The notes under the pieces were generated by a model. That model was not told the origin of the DNA. It worked only from the letters and a program-made list of their open reading frames with translations, and ran no database searches. Shown piece after piece: positions 60,300-64,000 of a stretch of DNA of 64,000 nt. Source of the DNA: the human T2T-CHM13v2.0 reference genome, Homo sapiens; NCBI RefSeq assembly GCF_009914755.1, contig NC_060928.1. The stretch is one strand, 5' to 3'. Each line of letters begins with the position of its first letter. The first letter of the stretch is position 1. A program made the position numbers and the translations under genes.

Positions 60300-60640
60300 C
60301 TTACCTACTCCTAAAAGGCTTTTCCTCCAGGGATCTTATGGATTCTGACTTTCACTTCCCTCAGGTCTTTGGCCTGATGTCATTCTTTCATTTGATACTT
60401 TCTCTGCCTGCTCTATTTAAATATGCAAACTCACTCTAAGAACTATCTGTTCTTCTTACTTTATTATTACATAGCATATATCACAGGCTAAATTTATATA
60501 TTTATTTTATTTATTGGTTGTCTCCTCTCATGAGAATGTAAGTTCCATGAGATAGAGAATTTGATCTGTTTTGCTTATTGTTGTATTCCTACCACTTAGA
60601 CAAGTTGTAGGAACTAGGTTGGCATTCAACAAATACTTTT
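60300..60640 (+). mobile_element. L2 3' end
   Basis: agaatgtaagttccatgagatagagaatttgatctgttttgcttattgttgtattcctaccacttaga...tcaacaaatac. Confidence 0.75.
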
Positions 60641-60656
60641 TTTTACACAAAGTAAA

Positions 60657-60886
60657 CAAGAGAGAATGAAGGAAGAAAAGTAAAAAAGGAAGGAAGGCAA
60701 GAAGGAAGGCAGGCAGGCAGGCAGGCAGGAAGGAAGGAAGGAAAGAAGGAAGGAAAAAAAGGAAGGAAAAAAGGAAGGCAAGAAGGAAGGCAGGCAGGAA
60801 GGAAGGAAGGAAGGAAGGAAAGAAGGAAGGAAAAAAAGGAAGGAAAAAAGGAACGACCAAGGGGAGTGAGGGAGAAAGGAAAGAAA
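60657..60886 (+). repeat. Compound (GGAA)/(GGCA) polypurine tract with an internal ~80-bp tandem duplication
   Basis: The unit aaggaaggcaagaaggaaggcaggcagg...gaaagaaggaaggaaaaaaaggaaggaaaaaagg occurs twice. Confidence 0.9.
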
Positions 60887-61696
60887 GTCAAAAGGTATGT
60901 AAAAAAGTCTTTCACATTACCTCTGTGAGAAAGTACCAGTGGTAGCATCATCTGTTAATTCCTGCTATTGATTAGTGTCCCGAGTACTAAGAGATCTGGA
61001 GGCAAAATCATCAAGAGAGAAGGAAATAAAAATATAAAGGGAGGCTCATAAAAGCCAGGAAAAATAAGTAATATAAACAACCAATCAGGACTGGCCTTGA
61101 TGGTTAACATTATTGTGTTTGATTCTCATAAGGAATGTTTCATGCAAGGAAACATGAGGCTGGCCACAGGATAGAGAGAAATTAATTTGAGAGATGGTGT
61201 CCAACTACCCAGAGATGTGTAAAGATAGAGAGACAGTGAGAACCAGGGTAGAGTGTAAACTCCAGTTTTCTATTGCCTGATTCTATGCTTTTCAAAGCTT
61301 TCTGCAGACAAAGAAAATAATGAAGGACAAAGGAGGCATGGTAAATCATGTATCACCTCGAAAATATTTGCCAGGGTATTTTTCAGTAGTGTTATAATGT
61401 ATCCTAATATGGGCACTTTCATTTATATTTTGAAATTGATTTATACATTGAAAAGCTATTACCTAAATGGACACAAAGTTGTTTGCATTAAGAGACAATA
61501 GCATACATATTAATACCACCATTTCATTGTTAAGGATTTATTCAAAGAGAATAATCAGGGAATTGTTTGTACAGAGATATAAGAAGTCCATTATCTTCAG
61601 CTCAGCATATGCAGTGGAATGGAAATCGTTTGCCATATGACAATAAGAATAAATAAGGGATGTGGAGTCATTAAAAAGAGAAAATTTTAGACTTAC

Positions 61697-62438
61697 CTAA
61701 AATTTTGCTATAGTATGAATTCCATTCTCCCCAGTAGGACTGAAATATATAGTCTTGCAGAGAATAAGATATGGTATTTTTAATCCTTTCACCAAAGGTC
61801 ATCTGGTCAGTGAGCTCTGATAAGGCTGCCGGTACATAGGAGACTGGTGCTGGGATTTTCCCACAGTGTCTCTCCACTGTTGATGCTGGAGAGAACCTCA
61901 ATGTGTACATAAATGGAATTCCTAATTTCAGAGCAACAAGATCACCACAGATTGTTACTGGGTCTGCTACCAACACATCAAAACCACCTTTCTGAAGTCT
62001 TGCCATCAACTTTGGGTTCTTTAGTACACCATCACAGAGTTGTATGTTAATTTGAAAGAAAGTGTCTAGAAGTTTTCCTAGTTCTTTGTAGAAAGCCCAT
62101 ATTGTGAGAGGAGTTGGTCTATGGTCAATCCACAGCATTATCATATGCTCAATTAAGGAATCTATATTGCTCTTCTTGTAGGAAACAGGTATCACTTCAA
62201 AATTCACAGGAGAATCGGGATTGGAGTTGATGAATAGAGTTGCTGATGAAGCCAGTACAGTCACATTGTGATTTCTTTGAATCAACTCTTCTAGAATAAT
62301 CTTAATATTTAACCAATGGCTACCATCTGTAGGCCAAATTAACACATTCCCACTTAGAACAACTTCAGTCAGAGTCAAATTAAAAACCAGCATCTGGACA
62401 AACTTCTTAGGCATGGTAAAATCCCTTATGGAAACCAT
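61697..62438 (-). CDS. UGT2A2: UGT2A2 unique first coding exon (signal peptide + aglycone-binding N-domain, 742 nt, ends phase 1)
   Basis: ORF MVSIRDFTMPKKFVQMLVFNLTLTEVVLSGNVLIWPTDGSHWLN...YYSKILG has the UGT2 exon-1 motifs (GxVLIWPxDGSHW with catalytic His41, FDVLVADP, SYVP, MTFGERIKN). Donor TTAG|GTAAGT at 61697/61696. ATG at 62438 in strong Kozak context (AGGATGG); second in-frame ATG at 62414 (ACCATGC). Confidence 0.97.
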
Positions 62439-62600
62439 CCTACTGTAGATCCTTCAAGATGAAAAAAAAATCTTCAAAGTATATTTAGGTCAATTTTTAA
62501 ATAAAGTAATATTTAGTGCGATGGTTACACTCAGTCGTAGGTCAATTGATCTTTAGATTAAAAGGTAAATAATATAATTCAAATTCCTATATGCACTAAC
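62439..62600 (-). promoter_or_regulatory. Putative UGT2A2 proximal promoter / 5' flank
   Basis: TAAATATA TATA-like element at 62480-62487 and two TAGGTCAATT nuclear-receptor half-site motifs (62486, 62538). Position-based inference only. Confidence 0.4.
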
Positions 62601-62969
62601 ATCATTATTTCAGTAACAGAAATAAAATCTGGTTCTTTTTAAAGAAAAGGAAGCACGGGGTTATAAACCTACCATCTACATATTCTGTGATAATAACTAT
62701 GATTTATAAAATACATCTTTAATATATTTTTCACTAAATTGAATAAACAACTTTCAGAGGAAGTTTGCTCAAACATTTCAAGGTGTTTTAGATTATATGG
62801 ATTATAGGGTAAAATACTATGCATTTGATATAGAATAGCTTTCTTCTCCATAAAGCCAACTGATTGTTGTCTCCTATGCCTTTGTTACAGGGAATTTTTC
62901 AGTTTCTTCCATATGACACAGATCAAGAAGATATGGACTGGAACTCCAAAGAATCACAGACTTTGTTAT

Positions 62970-63200
62970 TCAGAGAAGTTAGGCAGACACTGGAGTTCAA
63001 TAGACCCAGATTCAAATATTGTCCTTTTATAAGATTTCTGACACCGGGTAATTATTCAGACCCTCCCATTCTCAGTTTTCTCAAAGAAAAATGAGAGGTG
63101 ATGACATTAATTTGTTATATTACTTTGTGGATTAACAATAGTATCTGTAAAGCTACTTTTCAATCTTCTTGGTACAGAGTAAGAGCGTAGTAATGTTAGC
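62970..63200 (+). mobile_element. MIR upstream of UGT2A2
   Basis: tggagttcaatagacccagattcaaat...ctcagttttctca...gtaaagc...tggtacagagtaagagcgtagtaatgttagc. Confidence 0.7.
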
Positions 63201-64000
63201 GGTTTAATAAATTTGTCCAAAGATTGATTAGGAAATCAGTAGGCCAGCTACAGAATGACTGGCTAGACTTGGATATAGTGAGATCAGATATGGATATAGT
63301 GTTGCAATTCTTAGTGAATCCCAAACTGAGCAATAGCAATTATGTAACAATGCTGTTTTGAAATCATTACAGGCTACCATTAAAAAGAGAAATAAGAACA
63401 AATAGAGTGATTAAAAGGATAAAAATCAAAAATTAAGATTAGAAAATAAGTGACAGATTTTAAATTTATACTCAATTGCCCTTAAATTATGTAATTTCAG
63501 GCCCTTGAGTAACAAAAGAACTGGGAGGACAGAGAACAGGAAAGACAAGAGAGAGAAGTGATGGTTTTAGAATTTTTGCATTTGTGTCCTCTCAAGAACA
63601 AGCCTCAATTTGAATATAGTGGCAGTACCTTAAAAATTAATTAGATTTTTGAAACAAGGCAGCCAGAGAAGAGTGTAAATAATCTTAATGGTCTTCAAAA
63701 TAAGCCCAGTAAAAGGGGTTTAAAAATCTTCATAAAGAAATCTGTTGCTGTCAAACTTTCAATAAAAAGTAAAGAAAGCAAAACATTATAGAAAACATGA
63801 ACAAAAGTCTATCTATAAAATACTTAGATTTGTTCAAATATTGAGTTACATGTAAGAAAAATATAATAATTAATTAGGGATTACTCACAAATGTAGCTGC
63901 AATAGCACATAAAAGCTTATCAAAATATGCTCCAAAATCTCAATACATATAGATATCCCTAAATTACCCAGAGTAAGGGAAAAAATGATGATATTAGTCA

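Overview
This is AT-rich, repeat-dense primate (apparently human, chr4q13.3) genomic DNA. It contains the whole UGT2A2 UDP-glucuronosyltransferase gene on the minus strand. The unique exon 1 (62438-61697, 742 nt) is followed by a 39.5-kb intron and five common exons of 149, 132, 88, 220 and 280 nt, which established knowledge says are shared with UGT2A1. UGT2A1's own first exon lies beyond the right edge of the window. All junctions are GT-AG with matching phases and give 1611 nt, or 536 aa plus stop. The rest is mostly decayed L1, Alu, MaLR/ERV LTR, MIR, L2 and MADE1 sequence and simple repeats; almost all other ORFs in the track are repeat-derived. I see no wholly new gene system. The most interesting signal is the splicing architecture: (i) an antisense Alu mutated into an open, in-frame 132-nt cassette exon, exactly the length of the skippable common exon 3; (ii) an in-frame phase-1 acceptor inside UGT2A2 exon 1 that could fuse two aglycone-binding domains; (iii) an acceptor-like element just before the UGT2A2 ATG. 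Several retrotransposition and repair fossils are also visible: an L1 3' transduction, a twin-primed L1 and a 202-bp local duplication. Repeat subfamily names are by-eye calls, not RepeatMasker output.
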